A stretch of 64,000 bases of DNA. Source: a virus. The notes under the pieces are model-generated. The model searched no databases. It saw only the letters and a program-made list of their open reading frames with translations, and had not been told where the DNA came from. The stretch's first letter is position 1, and every line of letters starts with the position of its first letter. The stretch is from IMG/VR virus record IMGVR_UViG_3300046674_000362, positions 21,482 to 85,481 of that record; one strand, 5' to 3'. A program made the position numbers and the translations under genes. Shown here piece after piece: positions 39,276 through 48,860 of the stretch.

Positions 39276-39735
39276 AGATGGTCAGGAAGAACTCGGCCAG
39301 CTCGTCCGAAAAGTCAGTTGCCGCCTGCGCCTTATACGCGCGGTCGGCAGCGTCCACCAGCGCCAGCACCGCCATGTTGCCGTTCGAGACATCGGGCGAC
39401 AGGCGATACTTCGAGCCGTTCTCGTCCAGGCCATTCGCCTCGATCTTGTGTGACGGGTCGAACTTGGTCACGCTGGGCAGCATTTCGATCATGGCGGTCG
39501 CCTTCGCGCGGAAGAACAGCCGGATCGCGCCCTGCAACTTGTCCTCATCGAACAGGCTGTCGCGCTGCTCCGAGCGCGGGTCGTTGGACACGGCAATCGC
39601 GCCCTCGACACGCTCGCCGTAGGCCAGCTCCTTCGCCACGATGAACAGGCCGCTGCCCATATCGAGCGCGCCGAGCACATTTGCGGAGCTGCCGCCGTAG
39701 CCGGTTATCTCAGCCTGAATGCGCACGGTAATCAT
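39274..39735 (-). CDS. hypothetical late-operon protein
   Basis: Start MITVRIQ overlaps upstream stop. Confidence 0.6.
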   Translation of the reverse strand: MITVRIQAEITGYGGSSANVLGALDMGSGLFIVAKELAYGERVEGAIAVSNDPRSEQRDSLFDEDKLQGAIRLFFRAKATAMIEMLPSVTKFDPSHKIEANGLDENGSKYRLSPDVSNGNMAVLALVDAADRAYKAQAATDFSDELAEFFLTI

Positions 39736-40484
39736 GTGACGGTCCACTCCGCTCCATCGGCATTCAAGCCGTCCACCTGCACCACCACCGGATAGCCTGC
39801 TGGCGCTGGGTTGCCGTCGTTCGCCTCGTCCGCCTTGGGCGACATAAACATGGGGATGGATGCCCGGATGCTCATGTCCACCAGCAGGATCGTGAGGTTC
39901 TTCTGATCGGCCTTGCCGTCCACCGCGCCCAGGTCGATTTCCTCCAGCACGGCCGGGAAGTCGTGGCGCTGCCCGGCATACTCATGCCAGTGCTTGAATC
40001 GGCGGCCGCCCGGCCCGTTCGCCCACAGGTGGAACTGCATCGCGAGGCTGTGCGCCGTGTGCGCCTCGGGCGCGATGATGACCACCTGCGCGCGGTATTC
40101 ATTAACGGACAGACGCACCTTGAACGTGCGGCCGTAGGGGTCGTCCGGGCTCGCCACGTCGATGGGCGTACCGATGGCCGCGCCGAAGTCGATCATGGCC
40201 GGGCTGAAGTCCTTCGCCATCCCCACCAGCATCACCGGCAGGAACGAGGACAGGCCCGCCCCGCCGCCTGGGGTGCCGTTCGCCTTCTCGTTGTCATTCT
40301 TGCGCCACTCGTCCAGCATCGCCTGCACGTCGTCCACCATGCGACCGGGAACCCACACGATTGACTTGGCGAGTCCGCGCTTGACGAATTCCTCCATCGC
40401 GGGCGTGTCGGCCGCCAACTGGGCGTAGAACTCGCCCAGGTAGGTGCCGAGGGCGATTTCCAGCGGCGTGCGCATGCTGCTCAT
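39732..40484 (-). CDS. P1 gp24-like tail completion/terminator protein
   Basis: LPVMLVG...YRAQVVIIA...SLAMQFHLW pattern resembles recalled gp24. Confidence 0.6.
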   Translation of the reverse strand: MSSMRTPLEIALGTYLGEFYAQLAADTPAMEEFVKRGLAKSIVWVPGRMVDDVQAMLDEWRKNDNEKANGTPGGGAGLSSFLPVMLVGMAKDFSPAMIDFGAAIGTPIDVASPDDPYGRTFKVRLSVNEYRAQVVIIAPEAHTAHSLAMQFHLWANGPGGRRFKHWHEYAGQRHDFPAVLEEIDLGAVDGKADQKNLTILLVDMSIRASIPMFMSPKADEANDGNPAPAGYPVVVQVDGLNADGAEWTVT

Positions 40485-41326
40485 CGCGGAATTCCCCACT
40501 GCTGCATGGCGCGATCCAGCATCGTGTCGCTGCTGCCCTCATCCGGCAGTGCGCCGAAGCGCGCCAGCGATGCGCCCCTGAACCCGGACGCCGTGGCTGC
40601 AAATGCCTGCGTCGCCTGCTTCGACAGCAGGGCAGGGCGCTGGCCGCCGACGCCATCGAGCACGGTATTGCCGCCGCGCGCGAGCGCCGACATCAGTTCC
40701 TCGTTTTCCTCCATGAGCTTTTGCATGGTCGCCAGCGCCAGCGCGTGATCCGCTTGCAGGCTGTCGTACAGGGTCAGCATCGCCTCATTCCCCTGGGTGA
40801 AGTCGTGCATCACGAAATCGAAGATCGCGCCGTCCTCGCCGCTCTCGCCCGCCACACTGTCGAAGGTATAGCCGCGATTCGTCGTGAAATTCGGCTCCAG
40901 CACGTAATCGAAGCCTGCGAACACGGTAGGGACATCGAGCCCGCCGCGCGGTGCCGCATGAATGGCGCTGGAGAACCCGCCCGCCTTGCTGCGGTGCAGA
41001 CGCGCGGCAACCTTGCCCGCCGCAGTGTCGAGGAATTCGGTCTGGTGCTCGATGGTGCCGTCCGGCTCGGCATGCAGGTAGGTCGTGACAATCGCGGGCT
41101 CGATCTTGACCACCTTGCCGCCCACGATGGCCGTTTCGGGCGGGATCAGGCCGAACTTCATGCGCAGCCAGTGCCCGTAGTAGCCGAGCATATCGCGGTT
41201 CTTCACGCGCTCCTGAGTCTCGGGCGAGTTCACGAGTGCCGCCAGGGCGCGCGTGTCGAAATTGCGATCCTTGCCGCGATGCGTGCGCCCGCGCTGGCCG
41301 ACGTTAAAACGAATAGTTTCCGGCAT
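40481..41326 (-). CDS. pro: prohead protease (P1 Pro-like)
   Basis: Start re-set to MPETIRF after AGGAAAG; ETQERV..MLGYYGH, AGGFSSA, GFDYVLEPNF match P1 Pro. Confidence 0.85.
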   Translation of the reverse strand: MPETIRFNVGQRGRTHRGKDRNFDTRALAALVNSPETQERVKNRDMLGYYGHWLRMKFGLIPPETAIVGGKVVKIEPAIVTTYLHAEPDGTIEHQTEFLDTAAGKVAARLHRSKAGGFSSAIHAAPRGGLDVPTVFAGFDYVLEPNFTTNRGYTFDSVAGESGEDGAIFDFVMHDFTQGNEAMLTLYDSLQADHALALATMQKLMEENEELMSALARGGNTVLDGVGGQRPALLSKQATQAFAATASGFRGASLARFGALPDEGSSDTMLDRAMQQWGIPR

Positions 41327-41361
41327 ATCTTTCCTAGTTCGGTTATTGGTCAAAAACCTTG

Positions 41362-42003
41362 TTATGCGCCTGCTGGCATGCGCATTGTTCCCCTCAAATA
41401 CATCGGCATGACTGCACCGGCACCGCCCGCCAAGCGCAGACCGTTCGCCATTTCCACGTACAGCACCATTTCCAGCACGAGCCTCGCAGCGAGCGCCGAG
41501 CGCAGCGCCTTTTGCATCGCTACCAGCCCGGTCCCGTCGTCCACTGCGACCGTGACACCAGCCCGGATTCGGCTTGTCAGGAAGTGCGTCGCAGGGTCGC
41601 CGTCGGCCGTCTTGTCGTTCGGGTAGTTGAGCATTGTGGCAATCGGGTGCCAGAGCTGGTCTACGCGCCATTCATTCGGCCATACGGTCTGTAGATACTT
41701 CCGCAGGAACAGCATGCCCCGCTCCGGGTTCCGCGCGCGCCACGCCTTCAGCAGAAAGCGCATTTGCACCGCGTCGCGCCGGATCAGGGCGAGGCCATCG
41801 TTCAACAGGCTTCGCTGGACCAGCTCATCGCCGCCCAGGTGCGCCATGCCGTACAGATTCAGCGCGCGCTCGCGCTCGCGCACGAGATTGCCGAACACGT
41901 TGATGAAAACCTGCTTCAACTCGCTTTCAAGCTGGTTTTCCTCGAAGCTCGCGACCAATGGCGCGAGGCTTGGAGGATCGACCGGGATCAGGTTGTTCGA
42001 CAT
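41362..42003 (-). CDS. baseplate wedge protein (P1 gp16-like position)
   Basis: 213 aa after bplA; RGMLFLRKYL motif. Confidence 0.6.
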   Translation of the reverse strand: MSNNLIPVDPPSLAPLVASFEENQLESELKQVFINVFGNLVRERERALNLYGMAHLGGDELVQRSLLNDGLALIRRDAVQMRFLLKAWRARNPERGMLFLRKYLQTVWPNEWRVDQLWHPIATMLNYPNDKTADGDPATHFLTSRIRAGVTVAVDDGTGLVAMQKALRSALAARLVLEMVLYVEMANGLRLAGGAGAVMPMYLRGTMRMPAGA

Positions 42004-42006
42004 CGC

Positions 42007-43437
42007 TTAGTGACTCCACAGGCCGTCGTTGTAGGTCGCTTGCGTGACGTTCACGGTGATGGAAGCGGCCGAGACATAGCGGTATTCTTCCGGCATCGGG
42101 GCCGCCTGCGCACCAAGAACCACTTCCAAGTCACTGCCGTCATCCTGAAGCGCAGGCACCAGCCGCTTGATTTCCTCGTAGATGCGCTTGCGGTTCAGCG
42201 ACAGCATGCCGCGCGCTGCTGCCACCGAATCCGCGCCGTACAGGCCCAGCAGCGCCCCGGTGATCTTGTTCTTCGTGTCGGCGATGTCATGCACCACCGA
42301 CACCTGCGCATTGATGGTGACGGGCAGCTCGACCGGGACCGGCGCGACGAACTCGATTCTGTAGGAGTCGTCGGCCGCCGCGATGTACTTGGTAATCTCG
42401 GACTGAAGCCAGTCCGTCGTCACGTTGTCCATCAGCGCCGCGACGAACAGCTTGTTGTTGTGGGTGATGGACGGGCCGCGCACCTTTTCCTCGATCTGCT
42501 CATTCCAGACCGAGAGGAAGCGCAGCGAGCCCAGGTTACTGCGCACGAGGAAATCGAAGTTCCCCAGGTAGACGGCGGACCTGTCATAGATGCTCGGGTA
42601 GCGGGTCAGCTCGCGCAGCATCGCCACGTCCACCGGGTTCGCGCCGGGGAACGAGACAGCGGCAAGGATGATCTTGGCGGACTGGTCTGCCGTGCTCGTG
42701 TTTGTCTCGAACACGAAAGGGGCGTTTGCGGACAGCTCCGCGAGGCCGCCCGTTTCCTCGATCACGAAATCAATCACGGTGCCGTTCGAGGGCTGCACGC
42801 CGAAGGTGCCCGCCCAGCCGAATTTCGCATACAGGGCGCGGTATTCGTCAGTCTCCAGCGCGAAGCCCGGCTCATCCGGCCCGAGGTTGGAGAATTCCGG
42901 GGTGTATGGGAATGCCACGCCCGCGACCGATACGGACACGCCGCTGATGTACAGGTCCGGGTCGCTCGACGGCGGCACCTGCACCGAGTAGAACGGCGTC
43001 GAGTTCGCGACCGTGTGCGAGTAGGCGCGCGTCGTGAGCTGCTTGGCGCTGATCGTACTGGTTCCCCCAGGCGCGACGACGGCGGCAGTATCCGCGACGT
43101 AGACGCGGCTCTGCGGGCCGATCAGGCGGCGGCCAATGTTGATGGACAGTGGCGTATCGGCCCCATTCGTGACGGTCATGGTGACACGCGCCGGGCGCGC
43201 AAACGGCAGAATCCCCTTCAGGGTTGCGTCGGCAAGCACGGTCGTGTCTCGCGCCTTGGTGAAGGGCTCCATGCTCTCCACGTCGATCTGCGACGAAATC
43301 ATTGCGAGCATCGTCGCCATCGCATTCATGTGCGCGATCACGCGCGGATCACCGGCTTGATACAACTGCGCCACGAGCGGCTGATTGGAGACTTCAGCGG
43401 TTATCGCCGCCAGAAAGTCGTCGCGCGTAAAGGCCAT
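42007..43437 (-). CDS. bplA: baseplate J-like protein (P1 BplA)
   Basis: 476 aa; EPFTKARDTTVLADA, YDRSAVYLGNF, SVWNEQ motifs. Confidence 0.8.
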   Translation of the reverse strand: MAFTRDDFLAAITAEVSNQPLVAQLYQAGDPRVIAHMNAMATMLAMISSQIDVESMEPFTKARDTTVLADATLKGILPFARPARVTMTVTNGADTPLSINIGRRLIGPQSRVYVADTAAVVAPGGTSTISAKQLTTRAYSHTVANSTPFYSVQVPPSSDPDLYISGVSVSVAGVAFPYTPEFSNLGPDEPGFALETDEYRALYAKFGWAGTFGVQPSNGTVIDFVIEETGGLAELSANAPFVFETNTSTADQSAKIILAAVSFPGANPVDVAMLRELTRYPSIYDRSAVYLGNFDFLVRSNLGSLRFLSVWNEQIEEKVRGPSITHNNKLFVAALMDNVTTDWLQSEITKYIAAADDSYRIEFVAPVPVELPVTINAQVSVVHDIADTKNKITGALLGLYGADSVAAARGMLSLNRKRIYEEIKRLVPALQDDGSDLEVVLGAQAAPMPEEYRYVSAASITVNVTQATYNDGLWSH

Positions 43438-43439
43438 TA

Positions 43440-43730
43440 TTAGGAACTCCCGAGCGGGATCATTTCACCCGCCACGTCAATGTAAATCGTGCGTTTGTCC
43501 GGGCCATCGTCCACCGCGTAAATGTTCAGCGAGGACGAGGGGAGGGCGGCCACCAGGGGAATGTCTACGCGCATTTTCGCCAGCAGCGAATCGGCGATCC
43601 CAGTGGTCATAGGGCTCTGCAAGAGCGCCTTGAGGTCGGCACCGTAGCCGCTGCCGAGGTAGCCGTTAGGCGGCGTCGCCAGCCAGTGCTGGATCATGCC
43701 TACAAGGTCGTTTTTGCTGATCGTATCCAT
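43440..43730 (-). CDS. pmgA: PmgA-like (gp25/W family) baseplate sheath initiator
   Basis: HWLATPPNGYLGSGYG; upstream of bplA as in P1. Confidence 0.75.
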   Translation of the reverse strand: MDTISKNDLVGMIQHWLATPPNGYLGSGYGADLKALLQSPMTTGIADSLLAKMRVDIPLVAALPSSSLNIYAVDDGPDKRTIYIDVAGEMIPLGSS

Positions 43731-43735
43731 GCCTC

Positions 43736-43777
43736 ATGGTAAGGGTTGGCGAAAAACTGACTTCCGGGCCTTTTCCT
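43736..43777 (-). promoter_or_regulatory. putative late promoter AGGAAAA-N29-TACCAT
   Basis: Motif copy 8; ATG 5 nt downstream of the -10. Confidence 0.7.
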
Positions 43778-43865
43778 ACCGTTGAATATAGGCATAACTA
43801 TTGCCACCCCCACCCGATTGCATTAGCATACCTATTTTTCTAACAAGAAATATAGGGATCGCAAT

Positions 43866-44060
43866 ATGGACTATCTGGCCGAGCACTACACCATCAAGGC
43901 GCGGACGGCCCCGCTGCCTGACGTTGAGCCCGAACCGCCTCACGACGAACCCGCAGCACCGGCCGCCCCGGTGCTGACGCTGTACGACTACCAGCTTGCG
44001 GCGAACGCGCGCGTCGCTGAAGTCGCCCGCGAACTGACCTTGATGGGATGGGCGGTATGA
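43866..44060 (+). CDS. hypothetical protein
   Basis: 64 aa after an AT-rich divergent intergenic region. Confidence 0.55.
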   Translation: MDYLAEHYTIKARTAPLPDVEPEPPHDEPAAPAAPVLTLYDYQLAANARVAEVARELTLMGWAV

Positions 44061-44563
44061 CTTGGGTAGTGGGTATGAGCCGCCCCGATCCGGTCGCGGA
44101 CACGATAGATGCGGCGCAGCTCACCGCGCTCGATGACCAGCACCAGGGCCGCGCCACGACCGCGCCCGCGCCGAACGTCCGCGACATGGCGCTGCTGATC
44201 GCGCGCCTGTCCTACGCCCTCAAGTGCGCCGCGCCGAATCACGAACTCCCGGCCAAGGCGACCGCGTTCCTGAAGAAGCATGACCTGATCGGAAGCCCGC
44301 TGCGCGCGACGGTAGAGGAACAGGCCACGGTGGCGCAGCAACAGCGTTGGATGGCGCTGGGCGAGGCCGTCGAGCGCGGCGCACGCGATCTGCCGAAGGG
44401 GCACGAGTTGCACGTCGAAGTCGAGCGCGACGCGGGCACGGTGGCGCTGTATGACGGCGACTGCGACCGGCTCACGGAATTCGAGGGCGACACGCTCGCG
44501 GACCAGATCAACAAGGCCATCGACTACGCCGTGGCGCTCACCGGCCAGGACGCAGCAGCATGA
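44057..44563 (+). CDS. hypothetical protein
   Basis: Coupled start; phage accessory-like. Confidence 0.6.
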   Translation: MTWVVGMSRPDPVADTIDAAQLTALDDQHQGRATTAPAPNVRDMALLIARLSYALKCAAPNHELPAKATAFLKKHDLIGSPLRATVEEQATVAQQQRWMALGEAVERGARDLPKGHELHVEVERDAGTVALYDGDCDRLTEFEGDTLADQINKAIDYAVALTGQDAAA

Positions 44564-44943
44564 ACGCGCACCAGCGACGCATCCACCGCCGTGCGCTGCC
44601 GCCTGTAACCGGCTGCGGCCGACAGGGCCACAGTGGCACCACCATCTACCCCGACCTGATGTGTACCGATGGCTACATGAGCGATATGGACGCCGACGGC
44701 GACGACCCGAGCGCCGCGCGCCCGCCGTGCCAGCACTGCAACCCGGTCGAGCACGCCGAATGGGCGCGCGAGCAGCAGGATGAGGATGACGAACTTCCCT
44801 ATGGCCTGCGGCCTGACTCCAAAGGTCGTCTCATGTACGAATGCCGCCACTGCGGCGGCGACCGGGAATGGTGCGGCGAACCGCACGAATTTTGCAACGA
44901 CACTCACATGAACTGCGGCGGCTCGCCGTACTGCTTACCGTAA
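44560..44943 (+). CDS. Cys-rich hypothetical protein
   Basis: Multiple CxxC; ends CGGSPYCLP. Confidence 0.6.
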   Translation: MNAHQRRIHRRALPPVTGCGRQGHSGTTIYPDLMCTDGYMSDMDADGDDPSAARPPCQHCNPVEHAEWAREQQDEDDELPYGLRPDSKGRLMYECRHCGGDREWCGEPHEFCNDTHMNCGGSPYCLP

Positions 44944-44954
44944 AGGACGCATCA

Positions 44955-46262
44955 ATGAAACGCCATGAATTGAAAACCGACCCGGACGCCTTTAACGCGG
45001 TCCTGCTGGGGACAAAGACCCATGAAATCCGCAAGAATGATCGCGGCTTTGCCGTAGGCGACGAGCTGCTGCTGCACGAAACCGAGTTGGCCGAAGCTGA
45101 CCGCCCGACGGACCACGCGCACACTTACACCGGCCGCGAACTGCTGCGCCGCGTGACGCATATTCAGGAGGGCTACGGGCTCGCGCCGGGCTGGGCCATC
45201 CTGTCCATCGAGCGAGTGCCGCAAGAGGGCGACTGGATCGTGCGCGAGCGCCGCGACCCGGATGGGGCTCTGATGAGCTGCTTTGTTCAAGCGCCGCGCG
45301 AGGGCGACATGGCCTATGGCCTCGAAGTCCTCGGCGACGACTACGAGGGCTACGGCGACGTGGAACGCAAGCTAGAGCACTGCAAGATGATCGTGGCGCT
45401 GGTGAATGCCGCGCGCGGGCAGGTATCGCCTGCGGACTACGAGGAAGTGCTGGCCGACCATCGCCGCTTGGCGCGCGAGCTGGACGTGCTGCTGAACGGC
45501 GAGGAAGGCGCAGCCAAGCAAGCGAGCCTCGCCGACATCGTGGCCCAGGTGCGCCGCGAGCGCCAGCAGCCGCGCGATGAAACCTACCTGTTCGAGCACT
45601 GGGCGAAAGACCCGATCCGCGCCGCGAAAATCCCGCTGGCGAAGCACCCGAACGGCGCGTATACGGACACCCGCAGCTACCTCATCAACTACGGTTGGAA
45701 GTCGCGCGCAAAGCAGTTCGACGGCCTGTTCGCGAAGCCCGAGAACATCGACCCGTTCACCGACACTGGCGAGGGCCACAAGGACGCATCCTACGAACGC
45801 CTGCGCCTCGCCTGCGCCATCCAGCAGCCCGCTCCGATCCCCGATCAGATGGCGCTGGTATGGCGCGCGGACATTATGCGCATGCGCCATGACCTGACCC
45901 ACAAGCAGGCATTTTTCGACTACTACCGCCCGCTGTCACAGGCCATGCGCGACGTGATCGCCGAGCGCAAGGATCAGGTGACGCGCGAGGGCTACACCAC
46001 CGAGGACGACGATGCGCATGTGCAGGGCGAGCTGGGCGCGTATGCCGCCTACTACGCCATGCCGCCCGGTGCACGCGAATGGCCCGCGACGGAAACCGGC
46101 TACGGCGCTACCTGGGGCGAGGCAATCATTCCGGCCGACTGGACGCCGCCGAAGCCGGGCGACCGCCGCCGCGAGCTGGTGAAAGCTGGCGCACTGATAC
46201 TGGCCGACATCGAGCGTATCGACCGCGCTGACGCCCCCGCCACCACTGGAGAACAAGTATGA
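44955..46262 (+). CDS. DUF3850 (ASCH/PUA-like) multidomain protein
   Basis: MKRHELK...F.AV..G.KTHEIRKNDRGFAVGD.L.L.E N-terminus; C-terminal RRRELVKAGALILADIERIDR module. Confidence 0.75.
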   Translation: MKRHELKTDPDAFNAVLLGTKTHEIRKNDRGFAVGDELLLHETELAEADRPTDHAHTYTGRELLRRVTHIQEGYGLAPGWAILSIERVPQEGDWIVRERRDPDGALMSCFVQAPREGDMAYGLEVLGDDYEGYGDVERKLEHCKMIVALVNAARGQVSPADYEEVLADHRRLARELDVLLNGEEGAAKQASLADIVAQVRRERQQPRDETYLFEHWAKDPIRAAKIPLAKHPNGAYTDTRSYLINYGWKSRAKQFDGLFAKPENIDPFTDTGEGHKDASYERLRLACAIQQPAPIPDQMALVWRADIMRMRHDLTHKQAFFDYYRPLSQAMRDVIAERKDQVTREGYTTEDDDAHVQGELGAYAAYYAMPPGAREWPATETGYGATWGEAIIPADWTPPKPGDRRRELVKAGALILADIERIDRADAPATTGEQV

Positions 46263-46342
46263 CGGGCGCTGAAATCATCGAGCTGGCGAAGGTCATCGCC
46301 CCGTTCGTGGTCCTCATCGTGATCTTCTGGCGCGAGCGGTAA
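46259..46342 (+). CDS. 27-aa single-pass membrane peptide
   Basis: MTGAEIIELAKVIAPFVVLIVIFWRER; GGAG RBS; exactly fills the gap between flanking genes. Confidence 0.55.
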   Translation: MTGAEIIELAKVIAPFVVLIVIFWRER

Positions 46343-46753
46343 ATGTCGCAGTTCTACCCGTCGATGACGACCGGCGAGCGCATCCTTAAGCTGGTGCCTG
46401 CCACGTCGGCCGAGCTTCTGGCGCAGCTCGACATCACCTCGACCGCGACGCTGCACAAATGGATCACGCGGCTGCGCAAGGACGGGAAAATCCATACCGG
46501 CCGGTGGCGGCGCGGCGAGAACAATTTCGTCGCCGTGCATGTGCTGGGCAAGGGAAAGGATGCGAAGCGCCCGAAGCCCTGGACCCCAGCCCAGCTACAG
46601 GCCCGGTATCGGAAGTCCCTGAAGGAATCCGGGCGTTACGTGGACTTCCTGATCGCCGCACGCAAGCGCGGCTATCGCTACCGCCAGCGGCGAGGACAGA
46701 AGCTCAAGATCAAGCCGGACCCGCTGCTGCAAATGTTTTACCGGCAGATATAA
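46343..46753 (+). CDS. basic winged-HTH DNA-binding protein
   Basis: TSAELLAQLDITSTATLHKWITRLRKDGKIH. Confidence 0.6.
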   Translation: MSQFYPSMTTGERILKLVPATSAELLAQLDITSTATLHKWITRLRKDGKIHTGRWRRGENNFVAVHVLGKGKDAKRPKPWTPAQLQARYRKSLKESGRYVDFLIAARKRGYRYRQRRGQKLKIKPDPLLQMFYRQI

Positions 46754-46861
46754 GAAAACTGTATCAACCGCAACACTGGCCGGAATCGAACGATTGTGGA
46801 CAGGTAGAAACAACGGGAAGCCGCGCCCCGATCCGCGCGGCATTCACATAAGGGCAACACC

Positions 46862-47449
46862 ATGATTTTTCTCATCCTCCTGCTGAACCTCGCGATTAGC
46901 TGGGCGAACTGCTGGGCCGTCGGGCGCATCTGGAACGATACGCGCGCGCTGGGCGGCTGGCCGCGACTGCTGGCATGGTCCGGCGCGATCCAGGCGGCCA
47001 TCGGCTTTTCCAGCGTGATCGGCTTCGCCGTCGGCTACATCGCCTATGCGACCGGCCACCTGCCGCCGCACGCCGCCAAGGCCGCACTGTCGCTCTGGTA
47101 TCTGCTCATCATCGTGCCCGCGCTCGGGACCGGGCTGATTATCACGATCCAATCGTGGATCGCCGCGCTCCGCGAGCGCAGCCTGTTGAACATGGGCGTT
47201 GCCGCCTACAACACGTATGCCCAGGCGAGCAACATGATCGGGGCCATCGGCGGCATTGGCGATGCATGGAAGGCCGTCGGCGACCTGTTCGACTCCAGGG
47301 ACAACGAGGGCGCGGCCCCGGCTATGATCCTAACCGTGCTGGCGCTCGTCGCCCTGGCGCTGCTGGGCGGTATCGTGCTCACCTATGCGCTGATCCGCAA
47401 GTACGCGGCCACGTCGGCACTGCCCGAGCCTGATTTCGCCAAGGCGTAA
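46862..47449 (+). CDS. integral membrane protein (4-5 TM)
   Basis: Long hydrophobic segments throughout 195 aa. Confidence 0.7.
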   Translation: MIFLILLLNLAISWANCWAVGRIWNDTRALGGWPRLLAWSGAIQAAIGFSSVIGFAVGYIAYATGHLPPHAAKAALSLWYLLIIVPALGTGLIITIQSWIAALRERSLLNMGVAAYNTYAQASNMIGAIGGIGDAWKAVGDLFDSRDNEGAAPAMILTVLALVALALLGGIVLTYALIRKYAATSALPEPDFAKA

Positions 47450-47456
47450 CTTCCTG

Positions 47457-47497
47457 TTGACGGATCGAATTGTGAGCGCGTACAATTCGATCCGTCA
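47457..47497 (+). promoter_or_regulatory. repeated sigma70 promoter/operator, copy 4 (perfect 16-8-16 palindrome)
   Basis: TGACGGATCGAATTGT-GAGCGCGT-ACAATTCGATCCGTCA. Confidence 0.9.
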
Positions 47498-47534
47498 GCA
47501 GCGCATAGGGCGCGGCGGCCACAAGGAGAATGTG

Positions 47535-47702
47535 ATGCAAGAAATGATTATCAAGCCCGAGGGCTCCACGCCCGTTGCCGTGTACTACCGCATCGTGCGC
47601 AAGGATGAAATCGGCGAATACGTCCTCCTGAATGGCCGCCGCGCCTACATCGTCCGCAAGGACGGCCGCGCCTACGTCGATTACTACATGGACAAGAAAT
47701 AA
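47535..47702 (+). CDS. hypothetical protein
   Basis: 55 aa, AAGGAG RBS after promoter copy 4. Confidence 0.6.
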   Translation: MQEMIIKPEGSTPVAVYYRIVRKDEIGEYVLLNGRRAYIVRKDGRAYVDYYMDKK

Positions 47703-47704
47703 AC

Positions 47705-48043
47705 ATGGCAACCCACAAAATCACAAGCGAAATCGAAATCAAGCCCGGCCAATGGGTTTGCAGACTCCCGTTCTCCATGTTCTCCAGCCATCTGTGCGAT
47801 CGACCGCAACTGGTCATGGGAGCATCCGGGCAGCGTATCTATCTGGCCGAGACTAGCGGTGCGAACCAGGGCAACTACATTTCGCGCAGCACCGCCGCAT
47901 ACCTGTGCGACACCGAAGCGGAAGCGCTCGCCGTGTACGCGGTCAGCGAATCGCAGGCGCGCGCGCTCCAAGCGAGCCGGGATGCGATCAAGGCTGAACA
48001 CGAGGCCAAGATCGCTGCCCTGATCGCCGGGAGCGCAGCATGA
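47705..48043 (+). CDS. hypothetical protein
   Basis: 112 aa in operon. Confidence 0.6.
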   Translation: MATHKITSEIEIKPGQWVCRLPFSMFSSHLCDRPQLVMGASGQRIYLAETSGANQGNYISRSTAAYLCDTEAEALAVYAVSESQARALQASRDAIKAEHEAKIAALIAGSAA

Positions 48044-48600
48044 GCCAGCGCCCATTCGAGGTAGCGGCCCACAAGGCACCATCCCGCGAAGCGCTGCAAG
48101 CCCAGTGCGACGCCTTCAATTTCGAGTGCGCCGTCGGCGGCCCGGTCGCGGTTAAGCTCGACGGCCGCGACAAGCCCCTCATCACCACCACGCGCAGCGA
48201 GGCGCAAGTCCTGTCCGGGCACTCGGCCGTCGTGTGGCTGGACGGCGTGAGCGGGTGCTACCTGCTGGAGCGTGTCGCGCCGATCCCGCGCCCCGCGCCG
48301 CAGCATCTTGCCCCGGTTATCACTGAGGCCGGTGCCCGGATGCTTCGCCAGCACCTCGAAAGTGCCCTTGCGAACTCCCCCGGCTACCACATGGCACTGG
48401 TTCCGGGCGACGATGTACTTGCGCTGCTGGACAACATGCGCGCCGTGCCCCGCCTGCCCACGCCGAAGCAGCTCCGCGCAGCACTGCGCCACACCAGCGA
48501 TGCCGAGCTGGCGAAGTCGATCTATCTGGCGATGACCAGCGCCGAGGCGATCACACCCGAGGGACCGACCACCCGCATCCAGAAAGGACCGGCCCAATGA
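48040..48600 (+). CDS. hypothetical protein
   Basis: TTTRSEAQVLSGHSAVVWLDGVSGCY phage-type motif; ATGA overlap. Confidence 0.65.
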   Translation: MSQRPFEVAAHKAPSREALQAQCDAFNFECAVGGPVAVKLDGRDKPLITTTRSEAQVLSGHSAVVWLDGVSGCYLLERVAPIPRPAPQHLAPVITEAGARMLRQHLESALANSPGYHMALVPGDDVLALLDNMRAVPRLPTPKQLRAALRHTSDAELAKSIYLAMTSAEAITPEGPTTRIQKGPAQ

Positions 48601-48860
48601 GCATCCACACCGCCACGCGCCCGGTGCGCGTCTACCACCGCCCGTCGCGCCCGAAAGAGGGCGGCGGCATCCATTACCCGCTCGAAGTGCAGCACGCGCG
48701 CGGCCTGTTCCACCAGTTCAGCATCCAGAGCGAGGAACTGGACACTGGCGCGGCGCATTGCCCCGTCGCCGTGGTCGAGCTGGCCGACGGCTCTGTTATC
48801 ACCCCGGCCGCGCACATGATCCAGTTCCTCGACATCGCGCAGGAGCCTAGCCATGCGTAA
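48597..48860 (+). CDS. hypothetical protein
   Basis: 87 aa; GLFHQF...AVVELADG. Confidence 0.6.
   Translation: MSIHTATRPVRVYHRPSRPKEGGGIHYPLEVQHARGLFHQFSIQSEELDTGAAHCPVAVVELADGSVITPAAHMIQFLDIAQEPSHA

Noticed and set aside
47468-47487. lacO-like sequence as cloning-vector contamination
   Set aside because: Seven diverged copies lie in native intergenic contexts with phage RBS and ORFs, and there is no other vector sequence
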